From a virus, in the IMG/VR virus record IMGVR_UViG_3300045988_129927: DNA of 64,000 nt, one strand, 5' to 3'. The translations under genes and the position numbers were made by a program. Shown piece by piece: positions 27,320 to 36,286 of the stretch; positions within the stretch are counted from its first letter, which is position 1; every line of letters starts with the position of its first letter. The notes beneath the pieces were generated by a model. The model saw only the letters and a list, made by a program, of their open reading frames with translations, had not been told where the DNA came from and did not search any database.

Positions 27320-29011
27320 TTAGAATTTAATATCCATAGGGATAGGTGTTACATAATTAGTCTCACTAAATTCTGTATAGTATTTACCAGTAGAAATATC
27401 CTTATAAAAATCACGATGATAACCTTCACTCCAGTGTGATTTAACAAAGTAAATACCTGAAGTATCTTTACCATTTTCAAAGGCTTCTTTAAGGTATTTC
27501 TCACAATCTTCTGCTGTTAAGAATATTTCTGAACAACTTTTGAATGAAGGGATTTTCAAACCAGATTCGTTTTTCTCTACTTTAACAAAATAACACTCTT
27601 CGCGTAAGTCGATAAGCTGCCACACATATTCTTGTTTTGCATCAAGATTAAATGGCCGAATATTCTTAACGTTAATGTGTTTACCTGCAAAACATTTAAA
27701 TACATCTTTATAGTTAAGCATATTGGGTTTATAGTGAATAACACAATCATTATTTAACGTGATTGTATGTATTCTTTTTTCTTCTTTGTAACGTCTAGTG
27801 AAGAAACCACCATGTTTAAATTCATGGAAGAATTCTTTTTCAGTTATATTAGTTAAGATTTCATCAACATTAACAGGTTTTCCTTTCCTATTAAAGATGT
27901 AATCATCTTTACGAAGACCAAATATTTTATTAAGTTTTTCTTTAATGTTATCAAATAAGGTGTTATCTGTAAATACTGCATCTTTATGCAACCCAGGATA
28001 AATCTTAGATTGAACACCTAAGCTGATAAATACATCAGTGTAATCAGATAAAGTAGTTTCTTTTACTTCATTCTTATTTCCTAACATTTTATCAATACAG
28101 TCAATAATAAATTTAGTATCTTTTGCTAAATCCTTAGTGAATAGTTTAACACTATTATCATCACGCAATGGCTCGATTAATTCACGGCTAATGTAACAGT
28201 TAGTTAAAACATGTTCAGATAAGTCTGCATTTGAGATATCAGATACACTAATGAGATATTCACCTTCGTATTCGATATTTTCCAAATAGCTTGTAACATC
28301 GTATTTGGTTGAAAATGTATTAACAAAGCTACGGCGTCCAGGTTTTACAGTAAACTGGACATTTTCGTTACTATGTTGTCCGTATTGATAAATAGGTGCG
28401 AGATATTCGTATTCTACTTCTGGTACAGTGAATGAAGGCAAATAGAATTCACCGTCTTTATCTTTTAACCAAACAGTAATAACCTTATCTTTACCATATT
28501 CATTGATATTAATGTGTCTGATAATAGAATTAGCTACACTAAATGCCGCGTATTTTGAAGGTTTAATGAATAACTGTACACTGTCATCGAAAGCACGGTC
28601 TACGAAGAAACCAAAACCTGTTAGATTTCTCAGTCTCTTGACAATAACACGAATGAGTTTCTTCAGTTCAACTTCAGATACACTTAGTAACTCTCTTTCT
28701 TTTTCTAATGCTGCTTGTTTTTCAGGATCATCGTACTTACTACACATAATGGAATAAGCATCGTAACAAATACGGATAGGGAGTTCGATAGAATTAGGAT
28801 TAGGACGAACCAGTTTATGGTACATCTTGTTTAAATCAAGAAGATCGTATTGATGTATAATCCCATTAACCATATTTTCAATGATTTCTCGTGGCAAACC
28901 ATTTACTTTAGAATCTAAATACCAGTACAACAAACCATCCTTATATAGTGGTCGAGTATCAGGTTCTTTTGGGGAGTCAGTAGCAGGTTTAAAATCAGTG
29001 TTAAGATTCAT
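27320..29011 (-). CDS. hypothetical 563-aa protein, type-1 member of a duplicated two-gene cassette
   Basis: Clear paralog of 31163..32926: PLYKDGLLYWYLDSK/PLFKDGYLYLYSDSK, KDGEFYLPSFTVPEVEYEYLAP/EKGELFLPSYETVAVDFDYIAP, and C-terminus YVTPIPMDIKF/FHYPIPLNFKF. Confidence 0.7.
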   Translation of the reverse strand: MNLNTDFKPATDSPKEPDTRPLYKDGLLYWYLDSKVNGLPREIIENMVNGIIHQYDLLDLNKMYHKLVRPNPNSIELPIRICYDAYSIMCSKYDDPEKQAALEKERELLSVSEVELKKLIRVIVKRLRNLTGFGFFVDRAFDDSVQLFIKPSKYAAFSVANSIIRHININEYGKDKVITVWLKDKDGEFYLPSFTVPEVEYEYLAPIYQYGQHSNENVQFTVKPGRRSFVNTFSTKYDVTSYLENIEYEGEYLISVSDISNADLSEHVLTNCYISRELIEPLRDDNSVKLFTKDLAKDTKFIIDCIDKMLGNKNEVKETTLSDYTDVFISLGVQSKIYPGLHKDAVFTDNTLFDNIKEKLNKIFGLRKDDYIFNRKGKPVNVDEILTNITEKEFFHEFKHGGFFTRRYKEEKRIHTITLNNDCVIHYKPNMLNYKDVFKCFAGKHINVKNIRPFNLDAKQEYVWQLIDLREECYFVKVEKNESGLKIPSFKSCSEIFLTAEDCEKYLKEAFENGKDTSGIYFVKSHWSEGYHRDFYKDISTGKYYTEFSETNYVTPIPMDIKF

Positions 29012-29070
29012 TTTAATTTCCTTTTAATAAAAGTTAAGAAAAGAGTGCCTATACAGACACTCTCTATTTA

Positions 29071-30834
29071 TTACAAACGGGTAATTTGATATTCTTTAAT
29101 TAAAGAATCGTCTAAATCAGTAAAACCACTAACAGCATAAGTGTTTTTATTCAAACGAGAAACCACACAACCTTTCTCTAACAATTCTTTAATGGTATAG
29201 AATTTTACTTGATGAGAAAAACTGGTTTCACTATCTTGACCAAATTCACACACACCAAATACATTACCACGATAGGTACTAAGACCTTTTTCATTCCAAA
29301 TGCTAAAGTCAGAATAATCACCTTCATCGACAATTGCTGTAGCGATTTTTTCACTACAAGCAATACTAGCGTAATGATAATTAGCATGTTTATCAATAAG
29401 CACATTGTAGTCAATAAGACTGTTGATAAAAACACCAACTGTTTCATTTTCATCAAAGTCAGTATTAGGCTCAATGATTTCACCATGTACTAAATCTTGA
29501 CCATCCTTAATAATACGAAATGGTGTTGAAATTATACCAATACTGTTAGCATCTTTAGAATAGATGACGCGCTTATCATCGACTTTACTATAAGTATAAT
29601 ATAACTTACTACCATCATTACAAACATAACCATACATCTTTTCAATATAGCATCCAAGATATCCTTCGCCAATAATCCCGTCTTCAATATATTGTTTAAC
29701 TTTATTAATCTCTTCAGTTAAACCATATAAGTTTTTAGGATTATCGTAAGTCTTAATAAATTCTAAGAATTCAGATTTCAAGTCACTACAGTAGATAACA
29801 ATATCATTGTCAATGACTCGTTTAATGGTTTCACTAGAATTAATAAACTCTTGGTATAGGATAAATGGAATAAGTTTAGATTGGTTATTTAATGGTTTGC
29901 GATAAGCAAGAATATAATCACAACCACCACTATAACTAATATCGATAGAAGTAGGTGTAAAACCATTTACACTACTATCACCATGGTTTTTAATGAAGTT
30001 ATCAATATCATCGTAATAGTCGATATCATCAGAGAGATAAATACCAGATACAATGACAATATCATCACCAATAAATTTAGTAGAATATCCATCAAATGGT
30101 TTAAACTCTACCTTTTTCATAGGCAGTGATTCTGATGTAAAGTAATAGCCTTCGTATTGCTTACCGTATATTTTTACTTTATCTAAATCAAAGTCATTTG
30201 TATCAATGTGGTAAACTTCAGATTCAATACCGTATTGTTCTTGAATTCTGTATTTATAGTTTAACATGATTTCAATATTATCGAAGATAATGTAAGTAGA
30301 ATCAGGTTTAGCGTCTTTTTCAATCAGTGCAAACTTGTGGTTATTGTAACCAAAATTGGTAATTGGTTTAACTACTTTAGCGTTAGCACGAAGAATAGTC
30401 AATTCTTCTTCTGTAAAACCAGTAACGATAAGAGTGGGTTCGATACCAATACCGTATTTTGAACTATCATCAGAACGACTAACTGCTTTAATGGTGTATT
30501 TATCTTTAAGTTGTTTAAAATGCTCGATAAATTTACCCATGGCTCTACGTGTATTTTCACCGTTTACAGGTTTATACACAGCATGGAAAATATCTATATA
30601 GTTAATTAAAACACAATCGTTAATTACTGTGAAATGACACTTACCACTAAAGTCTTCACGTAAACCATTAATGGTGATATTTGAATGCTCATCTACATTA
30701 CCATCAAAAAGAATATCAACAATGGCTTGCAATGTTTGTTGGTCTGTTGGTCGGTATTTTGTATCTTTTTGTTTTGCTTGTGTATCTTTGGCATTGGGAC
30801 TAACATAGTCTTTAATGAATTTATATGTACCCAT
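29071..30834 (-). CDS. hypothetical 587-aa protein, type-2 member of a duplicated two-gene cassette
   Basis: See 25567..27243. No catalytic motif recognised. Confidence 0.65.
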   Translation of the reverse strand: MGTYKFIKDYVSPNAKDTQAKQKDTKYRPTDQQTLQAIVDILFDGNVDEHSNITINGLREDFSGKCHFTVINDCVLINYIDIFHAVYKPVNGENTRRAMGKFIEHFKQLKDKYTIKAVSRSDDSSKYGIGIEPTLIVTGFTEEELTILRANAKVVKPITNFGYNNHKFALIEKDAKPDSTYIIFDNIEIMLNYKYRIQEQYGIESEVYHIDTNDFDLDKVKIYGKQYEGYYFTSESLPMKKVEFKPFDGYSTKFIGDDIVIVSGIYLSDDIDYYDDIDNFIKNHGDSSVNGFTPTSIDISYSGGCDYILAYRKPLNNQSKLIPFILYQEFINSSETIKRVIDNDIVIYCSDLKSEFLEFIKTYDNPKNLYGLTEEINKVKQYIEDGIIGEGYLGCYIEKMYGYVCNDGSKLYYTYSKVDDKRVIYSKDANSIGIISTPFRIIKDGQDLVHGEIIEPNTDFDENETVGVFINSLIDYNVLIDKHANYHYASIACSEKIATAIVDEGDYSDFSIWNEKGLSTYRGNVFGVCEFGQDSETSFSHQVKFYTIKELLEKGCVVSRLNKNTYAVSGFTDLDDSLIKEYQITRL

Positions 30835-30845
30835 CTTTAGTCTCC

Positions 30846-31085
30846 TTATTTAGAGAATTTAGCAAAAGCCTTACAATCTTCGTCTTTATCGTTATTGAAA
30901 CAATAATCACGAATCTCGTTACAGGCAATACTGTTATTTTCTTTGCACATGATACCAGAGTCTTCGTTAATCTGTACTTCTACATTCAGATTAGTTTCTT
31001 CAGTAGGAGTAACAGGTGTAGATTCTACCTTTTGTGTAGCACAACCACAAATAGCAAGAGCCAATAAAATAAAAAGTTTATTCAT
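30846..31085 (-). CDS. small Cys-rich secreted protein / probable lipoprotein
   Basis: MNKLFILLALAICGCATQ is a signal peptide with a lipobox-like AICGC. There are further Cys residues in the 60-aa mature part. Confidence 0.55.
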   Translation of the reverse strand: MNKLFILLALAICGCATQKVESTPVTPTEETNLNVEVQINEDSGIMCKENNSIACNEIRDYCFNNDKDEDCKAFAKFSK

Positions 31086-31115
31086 TTTAAGTTTCCTTTA
31101 TAAAAAGAGAATGCG

Positions 31116-31149
31116 ATTACAGTATGGGTAAAAATACCCATACTGTAAT
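31116..31149 (-). terminator. hairpin terminator after 31163..32926
   Basis: 15-bp perfect stem ATTACAGTATGGGTA/TACCCATACTGTAAT, loop AAAA. Confidence 0.7.
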
Positions 31150-31162
31150 TACGCGTTAAGAA

Positions 31163-32926
31163 TTAATCAAATTTAAAGTTAAGAGGAATAGGATAATGGA
31201 AGCTATTGGACTTACGAGCAATAAAGTATTGACCTGTTTCTTTATGGTGATAGATATCGTAAGGTTCTACTGTACCATCTTGCTTAGATTCAATACTGAG
31301 ATTAATCGCAGCACCGTAGTGATTTACATTAGAATCGTAGCCACCACCAAAACCTACGTTTCTAATATCATGTAAATATTCACCCAATACTCCTTTAGAA
31401 GTAATAATCAAATCACATTTCTTAAATCCAGCAATACGATTACCATTGTCATCTACTTCTACTCGAACAATGTTTCTGTTTCTTTTTACCATTCTAATAG
31501 TATAAACTGTCGGATGGTTTTTAATAAACTCTTCACGTTCAGCAGAAGATAATTTTTCTAACTTATCTTCATGCACATTGTCTTCGTAGAATTTATTAAA
31601 CTGACGACCATACAATCTATCATTATTATAGTAAACAATATTACCATTGTTTAAATGTTCACGAGAGATATTGATAATACCATTATTGTAATTATAAGCA
31701 TATGTGTTTAACAGATGTAAGAATTCTTTTTCAGAAATTCTATCCAATAGCTCAGCAACAGTGATTAGTTCACCTTTAAAGTCTACTAAACGAGTGCCTT
31801 TAAAATCTATAAAACCATCCTGTTGTTTACAACCATCTAGTTGTTTACTAGCGTGTTGTTTAGCGATTTCTTTAACTGCTTCAAAAATCTCGTCTTTCCG
31901 ATAAATAGCATCTGTACCAATATTGAATAACACAGAGTTATTAATATATTGACCAGGCAGAGGACCAATATCGTATACTACATTTTGACTAAGAATGTTA
32001 AGCAATTCCTCTTTGGTTTCTTTAGAATAAATACCATCGTAAATTGTATTGTCACTATTACCTTCCTCAACGTAATCAACATTGATAGTATCATTAGTCA
32101 CTACATCAGTATGGCGACTTAACTTAGTAATGTCTTGCTTTGTAATAACAATACGACCAGTGTATTCTAAGCTATCCAAGTAACTAGTAATGGTAGTAGG
32201 ATTACGGAATAACTGAGTATGTACCATACCTGTTTTTCTAAAACTAAAGCCAATAGCATCACTGCTTTCTGATACATATACTGCACGTGTAGGTGCAATA
32301 TAGTCAAAGTCTACAGCAACAGTTTCGTAACTAGGTAAGAACAATTCACCTTTCTCATTCTCAATCTTAACTACATAACCATTTGTATCTGTATCGGATA
32401 ATAAAATACTTTTGTTCATTTCTAGACTAAACGGATTACTAGCATATTTAGATAAAGAAATAAACCATTTACTAGTGAGAGAATGATAGTTTTCAATACA
32501 ATATAAACCAGTTTTTTGATAAATGGCATCACCTATACGTTTAAAGAGTACGCGTAGATTACCATATAATTCATTACACTGAATTTCAAAATCATTCAAT
32601 TCAATTTTTTCATCAGTGAATTCATCGTAAGTATAATAAACGTGGATGTATTGTTTGACTGGTTCAAAACTTAAGCAAAGGTATTTTTGTACTTCCAAAC
32701 AGAATGTAATCATTCTTGACTTATACATTCTGTCAGCCATTTCTTCCAGACTACCTAAACCATTTTCTTTAATCAAGATATCGGTAAAAGCATCTATTAC
32801 TTCATCTGAATAATCTTCTGACTTACTATCGGAATAAAGATAAAGATAACCATCTTTAAACAGAGGGTCATTTTCCTTACGCAGATAGTTAACTAAGTCT
32901 AATCCGTAGTTTACTGTATTTTCCAT
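31163..32926 (-). CDS. hypothetical 587-aa protein, type-1 member of a duplicated two-gene cassette
   Basis: Paralog of 27320..29011 (see there). Confidence 0.7.
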   Translation of the reverse strand: MENTVNYGLDLVNYLRKENDPLFKDGYLYLYSDSKSEDYSDEVIDAFTDILIKENGLGSLEEMADRMYKSRMITFCLEVQKYLCLSFEPVKQYIHVYYTYDEFTDEKIELNDFEIQCNELYGNLRVLFKRIGDAIYQKTGLYCIENYHSLTSKWFISLSKYASNPFSLEMNKSILLSDTDTNGYVVKIENEKGELFLPSYETVAVDFDYIAPTRAVYVSESSDAIGFSFRKTGMVHTQLFRNPTTITSYLDSLEYTGRIVITKQDITKLSRHTDVVTNDTINVDYVEEGNSDNTIYDGIYSKETKEELLNILSQNVVYDIGPLPGQYINNSVLFNIGTDAIYRKDEIFEAVKEIAKQHASKQLDGCKQQDGFIDFKGTRLVDFKGELITVAELLDRISEKEFLHLLNTYAYNYNNGIINISREHLNNGNIVYYNNDRLYGRQFNKFYEDNVHEDKLEKLSSAEREEFIKNHPTVYTIRMVKRNRNIVRVEVDDNGNRIAGFKKCDLIITSKGVLGEYLHDIRNVGFGGGYDSNVNHYGAAINLSIESKQDGTVEPYDIYHHKETGQYFIARKSNSFHYPIPLNFKFD

Positions 32927-32947
32927 CTTAGTTTCCTTTTAAAAGAA

Positions 32948-33412
32948 TTATGCTATTTTAGCAACAAATTGGAAAGTTTCCATATTCTCTTCAATATTGG
33001 AATGAAGATATTTCATCTTGGTTTCTAATTGCTTAGAAATAATAGGCAATGTAGCACTAACCTTATCAGCATAGGATTCTTTAAACTGCTCAAATGACAT
33101 ATCATCTGGAATAAAGAAAGAACCAGAATTGTACATTTGACGCATCGCTGTAATAGCCAAGCTATTAATCTCATTAACCAGGTTTTTACCTTTACCAGTA
33201 TCTAATAAACCAGTAATGATAAAACCATCTGTTAACAGGATTTTAGCTGTAGTGATTCGAGTATGACGTTCTAAGATATATACTTCACAGATGCCTTTGA
33301 CGAAATTGAAATCACTTTTCAGCAATTTCTTAATATCAGAGTGTTTAGGCTTACCTTTCAGGATTTCTACTGTAAAGTCTTTATCCAATTTAGTAACAGT
33401 CATTGTTTCCAT
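32948..33412 (-). CDS. hypothetical protein
   Basis: 154 aa. The promoter-like motif at 33447..33465 and TTTATAAAGGAAC lie upstream. Confidence 0.65.
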   Translation of the reverse strand: METMTVTKLDKDFTVEILKGKPKHSDIKKLLKSDFNFVKGICEVYILERHTRITTAKILLTDGFIITGLLDTGKGKNLVNEINSLAITAMRQMYNSGSFFIPDDMSFEQFKESYADKVSATLPIISKQLETKMKYLHSNIEENMETFQFVAKIA

Positions 33413-33446
33413 TTTTAGTTCCTTTATAAAAAGATTAATCTCACCT

Positions 33447-33465
33447 TAATAGTATAGGTTTAAAA
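33447..33465 (-). promoter_or_regulatory. promoter-like motif instance (upstream of 32948..33412)
   Basis: Plus strand reads TAATAGTATAGGTTTAAAA, just downstream (minus sense) of terminator 33478..33513. Confidence 0.5.
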
Positions 33466-33477
33466 ATATTCAAAAAA

Positions 33478-33513
33478 AAAATAGGTAATGAGCTATTGCC
33501 CACTACCTATTTT
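33478..33513 (-). terminator. intrinsic terminator after 33517..34245
   Basis: Stem ATAGGTA..TACCTAT with inner TG/CA pairs. On the minus strand it is followed by a run of ten T. Confidence 0.75.
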
Positions 33514-33516
33514 CGA

Positions 33517-34245
33517 TTAAGCTACTTTCTCAATACTCTCAACATAATTGTTAAGATAGTATGCTTTCTGTTCTCGGTAAAGCTGATAGCCTTCACGAAT
33601 GCGATAGTATTTGATATTTTCTTCTTGGTAGTTTTCATTACCTAAACGAGCCATAGTCACACGACACGCTTTTTGGAAAATACCAACATCGCAAATACTC
33701 AACATCTCTTTAAAGCATTTAATGTATTCATCTACGATAGGTTTAGCACTCTTACCTAATTCAGATACAAATACAAAAGATTTTTGACGACGTACTGCTT
33801 GAGGCCAAATACGAATAATCAAACCTTCCATGTCTTCTAGAGATTTCTTCATGTTAGATTTAATTTCATTAATCTTAATTTGGTCTGCTAAGTCATCAGA
33901 CTCAATGTATTTGTTAATGAGTTCTAGTAGCACTTTAGAGACATAGACATTTTCTGTCAAGAAGCAATAGTCTTGCATACTGTCTTTTTCACGTGTACCT
34001 ACCAAGAATCTATCCATATTAGATTTCATGGTAGTGCAGAGTTCTTCAATATTCTTAGAACCAATACGTTGAGTAATCTGTTCTTCAAACAAATCGGTCA
34101 TCAACGAACCGGTTACAGTAGCATTCATTTTCTTATTGCCATGAGCATCGTAACCAAGAGTATTTTTACGATTCACTACTGTACCAGTACTCGCTTTACG
34201 AGCTTTAAGTTTAGCTTTACGCTTAGCGTCTTTATTTTTAGACAT
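33517..34245 (-). CDS. hypothetical protein with Lys/Arg-rich N-terminus
   Basis: MSKNKDAKRKAKLKARKAS.. followed by a helical-looking body. A strong hairpin plus T-run terminator lies downstream. Confidence 0.65.
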   Translation of the reverse strand: MSKNKDAKRKAKLKARKASTGTVVNRKNTLGYDAHGNKKMNATVTGSLMTDLFEEQITQRIGSKNIEELCTTMKSNMDRFLVGTREKDSMQDYCFLTENVYVSKVLLELINKYIESDDLADQIKINEIKSNMKKSLEDMEGLIIRIWPQAVRRQKSFVFVSELGKSAKPIVDEYIKCFKEMLSICDVGIFQKACRVTMARLGNENYQEENIKYYRIREGYQLYREQKAYYLNNYVESIEKVA

Positions 34246-34278
34246 AATGAATTCCTTTATAAAAGATAAAAAATAAAA

Positions 34279-34310
34279 ATACTATAGGTGGAATTAACCA
34301 CCTATAGTAT
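34279..34310 (-). terminator. hairpin terminator after 34322..34936
   Basis: 13-bp stem ATACTATAGGTGG/CCACCTATAGTAT, 6-nt loop. Confidence 0.7.
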
Positions 34311-34321
34311 TCTATACTAGA

Positions 34322-34936
34322 TTACTTCTTCATGACAATTGGCAAAGTTGCCAAAACAATCTCTACAATCTTAGAAACTATTTCAGGGTCTACACCCTCT
34401 TTGCTGATTTTGTCAGCAATTGCATGAAGTTCGTTAGATTGTTTAGAAGGTTTACCTTCCAATTCACGCATCAGCTTCAAAGATTCTGGGTCGTTCATTG
34501 ATTGGTAGTTATCAGCATCGATGTGAACAGAAACTTCGATGTTGATAAAAGGTTTGCTATCTTCATCGACTTTGATGTCAGTAAGCAATTTAGCAGTGTA
34601 GTCTACAATGCCTTTTACTACTTCTTCGGAGAGTTCTTCCCACTCACCATATTTTACGACGAACATGCTTTCGGCATCTCGACCATCGATATAAATAAAC
34701 CCACTTGTTTTACTAACATCGAGTTTAAATGGGAATGGGCGCACGCCACTTACCCCATTCTCACTTTTACGAGAAGTATGTGACGGAACAAGCACGTTTT
34801 GAGTTACTTCAAAGTTGAATTGCGCTTCTTTACCGAATTTCTCTACCAACACTTTCTTTACTGCTTTGGTGAAGAATTTAGAGAATTGGAACTTCTTGGT
34901 GAAGATTTGATTTTGTTGGGTATTTTGAACGTTCAT
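34322..34936 (-). CDS. hypothetical protein
   Basis: The track start 34996 would run through the hairpin 34968..34999. ATG at 34936 (MNVQNTQ..) is preceded by TTTATATAAAGGAAATTAAA. Confidence 0.65.
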   Translation of the reverse strand: MNVQNTQQNQIFTKKFQFSKFFTKAVKKVLVEKFGKEAQFNFEVTQNVLVPSHTSRKSENGVSGVRPFPFKLDVSKTSGFIYIDGRDAESMFVVKYGEWEELSEEVVKGIVDYTAKLLTDIKVDEDSKPFINIEVSVHIDADNYQSMNDPESLKLMRELEGKPSKQSNELHAIADKISKEGVDPEIVSKIVEIVLATLPIVMKK

Positions 34937-34967
34937 TTTAATTTCCTTTATATAAAGATTGGATAGA

Positions 34968-34999
34968 ATAGTGAAAGGAACCGTCGTCCCTTTCACTAT
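34968..34999 (-). terminator. hairpin after o-spanin gene (terminator or 5'-terminal stem of the next transcript)
   Basis: About 11-bp stem ATAGTGAAAGG/CCTTTCACTAT. It abuts the promoter-like motif, so its role is ambiguous. Confidence 0.5.
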
Positions 35000-35017
35000 A
35001 ATAGTATATATTTAAAA
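34999..35017 (-). promoter_or_regulatory. promoter-like motif instance (upstream of 34322..34936)
   Basis: Plus strand reads TAATAGTATATATTTAAAA and abuts hairpin 34968..34999. Confidence 0.45.
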
Positions 35018-35027
35018 TTATTTTGAA

Positions 35028-35288
35028 TTAGTTAGCCTTACGAATAATGTCTTGAGATTGACGGATACATTGAGTTAATGTATTAACAACAATACGACAC
35101 TCCTCATTCTCTTGTACTACCTCTACATAAGCACGAACCAAATCACCATTGGTTTTAATCTCTTGACGTTTAATAGGATCAGCACATACGTTTGGAATAG
35201 GACAATCGTAAGCCACATATTCTTTTACTTTAGTCGGTGTCGTACATGCTACAACAGAAAGTAAAATAGGAAGAATTAAGTATTTCAT
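35028..35288 (-). CDS. outer-membrane lipoprotein, o-spanin candidate
   Basis: MKYLILPILLSVVAC has a lipobox VVAC. The mature part is small (about 70 aa) with several Cys. The gene begins 3 nt after the stop of the i-spanin-like gene. Confidence 0.55.
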   Translation of the reverse strand: MKYLILPILLSVVACTTPTKVKEYVAYDCPIPNVCADPIKRQEIKTNGDLVRAYVEVVQENEECRIVVNTLTQCIRQSQDIIRKAN

Positions 35289-35291
35289 TTT

Positions 35292-35705
35292 TTATTCCTT
35301 AGGTTTTAAAGGGATAGATGGGATAGATGGAATACCATTTGCGATATTTCTAATATCTAAAGGCAATTCTTGAGATTCGTATTCTTTGTGTTTGTCTAAA
35401 GAATGCTCTAAGTCTTCTTTAACTTTATTGAAGTTATCATGACTTTGTTTAAATAATGCTAACTGATTATCAGCAGCAGTTTTATAAGCAGTCGCTAATT
35501 CAGTTTGTAGAGCCAATTCTCTTTTCAAATCACGTACTTCATCTTCTAACAGCACAATCTTTTCTTTTCGAGTATCTAATGCTCGAGATTGATGTTGAAT
35601 AATGACCAAAGAGATAACAATGACAGACATTAGAAAAATAAATAATCCAGGGATTATCCATCTCTTAGCACTTTGTTTATAACCATTTAAATCAGAATAA
35701 AGCAT
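35292..35705 (-). CDS. i-spanin candidate (N-terminal TM plus periplasmic coiled coil)
   Basis: TM WIIPGLFIFLMSVIVISLVII, then heptad-like VLLEDEVRDLKRELALQTELATAYKTAADNQLALFKQ, and a Pro-rich end PSIPSIPLKPKE. The architecture matches Rz-type spanins. Confidence 0.55.
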   Translation of the reverse strand: MLYSDLNGYKQSAKRWIIPGLFIFLMSVIVISLVIIQHQSRALDTRKEKIVLLEDEVRDLKRELALQTELATAYKTAADNQLALFKQSHDNFNKVKEDLEHSLDKHKEYESQELPLDIRNIANGIPSIPSIPLKPKE

Positions 35706-35710
35706 ATTTA

Positions 35711-36286
35711 TTATATCCTTTCACCAAACCTCATGTAACGTACATCAGTAAATGTTAATGCTTGATTGGTTTCTGGCATACTTAAAGTATTAAACCAGTC
35801 AGAACCATCGTAGTAACTAGGTGAATTGATTTTAATAAATGGGATATATTCACCTTGAGACCACTCGGCATTATAATCATTAATGTATTTCTCATGTAGT
35901 AACATGAAGGTATTTGTTTTAATAAGAATAACGTCCATTTTATTACCATGGACATCAGTAACTGTTTGAAACTTAAGATTACCAGAATTAATAAATGTAT
36001 CGTATTGTTCGGGTTTTACTAAAGGGACAAAAGTAGCTTCTACTTCTAAATCTTCTTTAATAAGATACTTAGGTAATCTATTCTTAGAATACACTATAGT
36101 GACCGCTGTTTGACGCGGTAAGCCCTCTTTATTCAAAAGGGTATGACATACCCCAATACCATCTAAAATCGAAGCTAGAGCCAATACAGACTCATTAGAG
36201 AGCATTAACGATACATGGTCAATACAAATAAGGTCATCCCGAACAACAGAGTACATCTCTTTACTGGTGAGAATAATACTATCCAT
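35711..36286 (-). CDS. hypothetical protein
   Basis: 191 aa; no motif recognised. Confidence 0.65.
   Translation of the reverse strand: MDSIILTSKEMYSVVRDDLICIDHVSLMLSNESVLALASILDGIGVCHTLLNKEGLPRQTAVTIVYSKNRLPKYLIKEDLEVEATFVPLVKPEQYDTFINSGNLKFQTVTDVHGNKMDVILIKTNTFMLLHEKYINDYNAEWSQGEYIPFIKINSPSYYDGSDWFNTLSMPETNQALTFTDVRYMRFGERI

Noticed and set aside
34937-34957. TATAAAGGA boxes as T4-type late promoters (TATAAATA).
   Set aside because: The box lies only about 10-15 nt from the ATG. A transcript started 6-8 nt downstream of it would lack the adjacent SD. It is reported as RBS context pending TSS data, not as a promoter.
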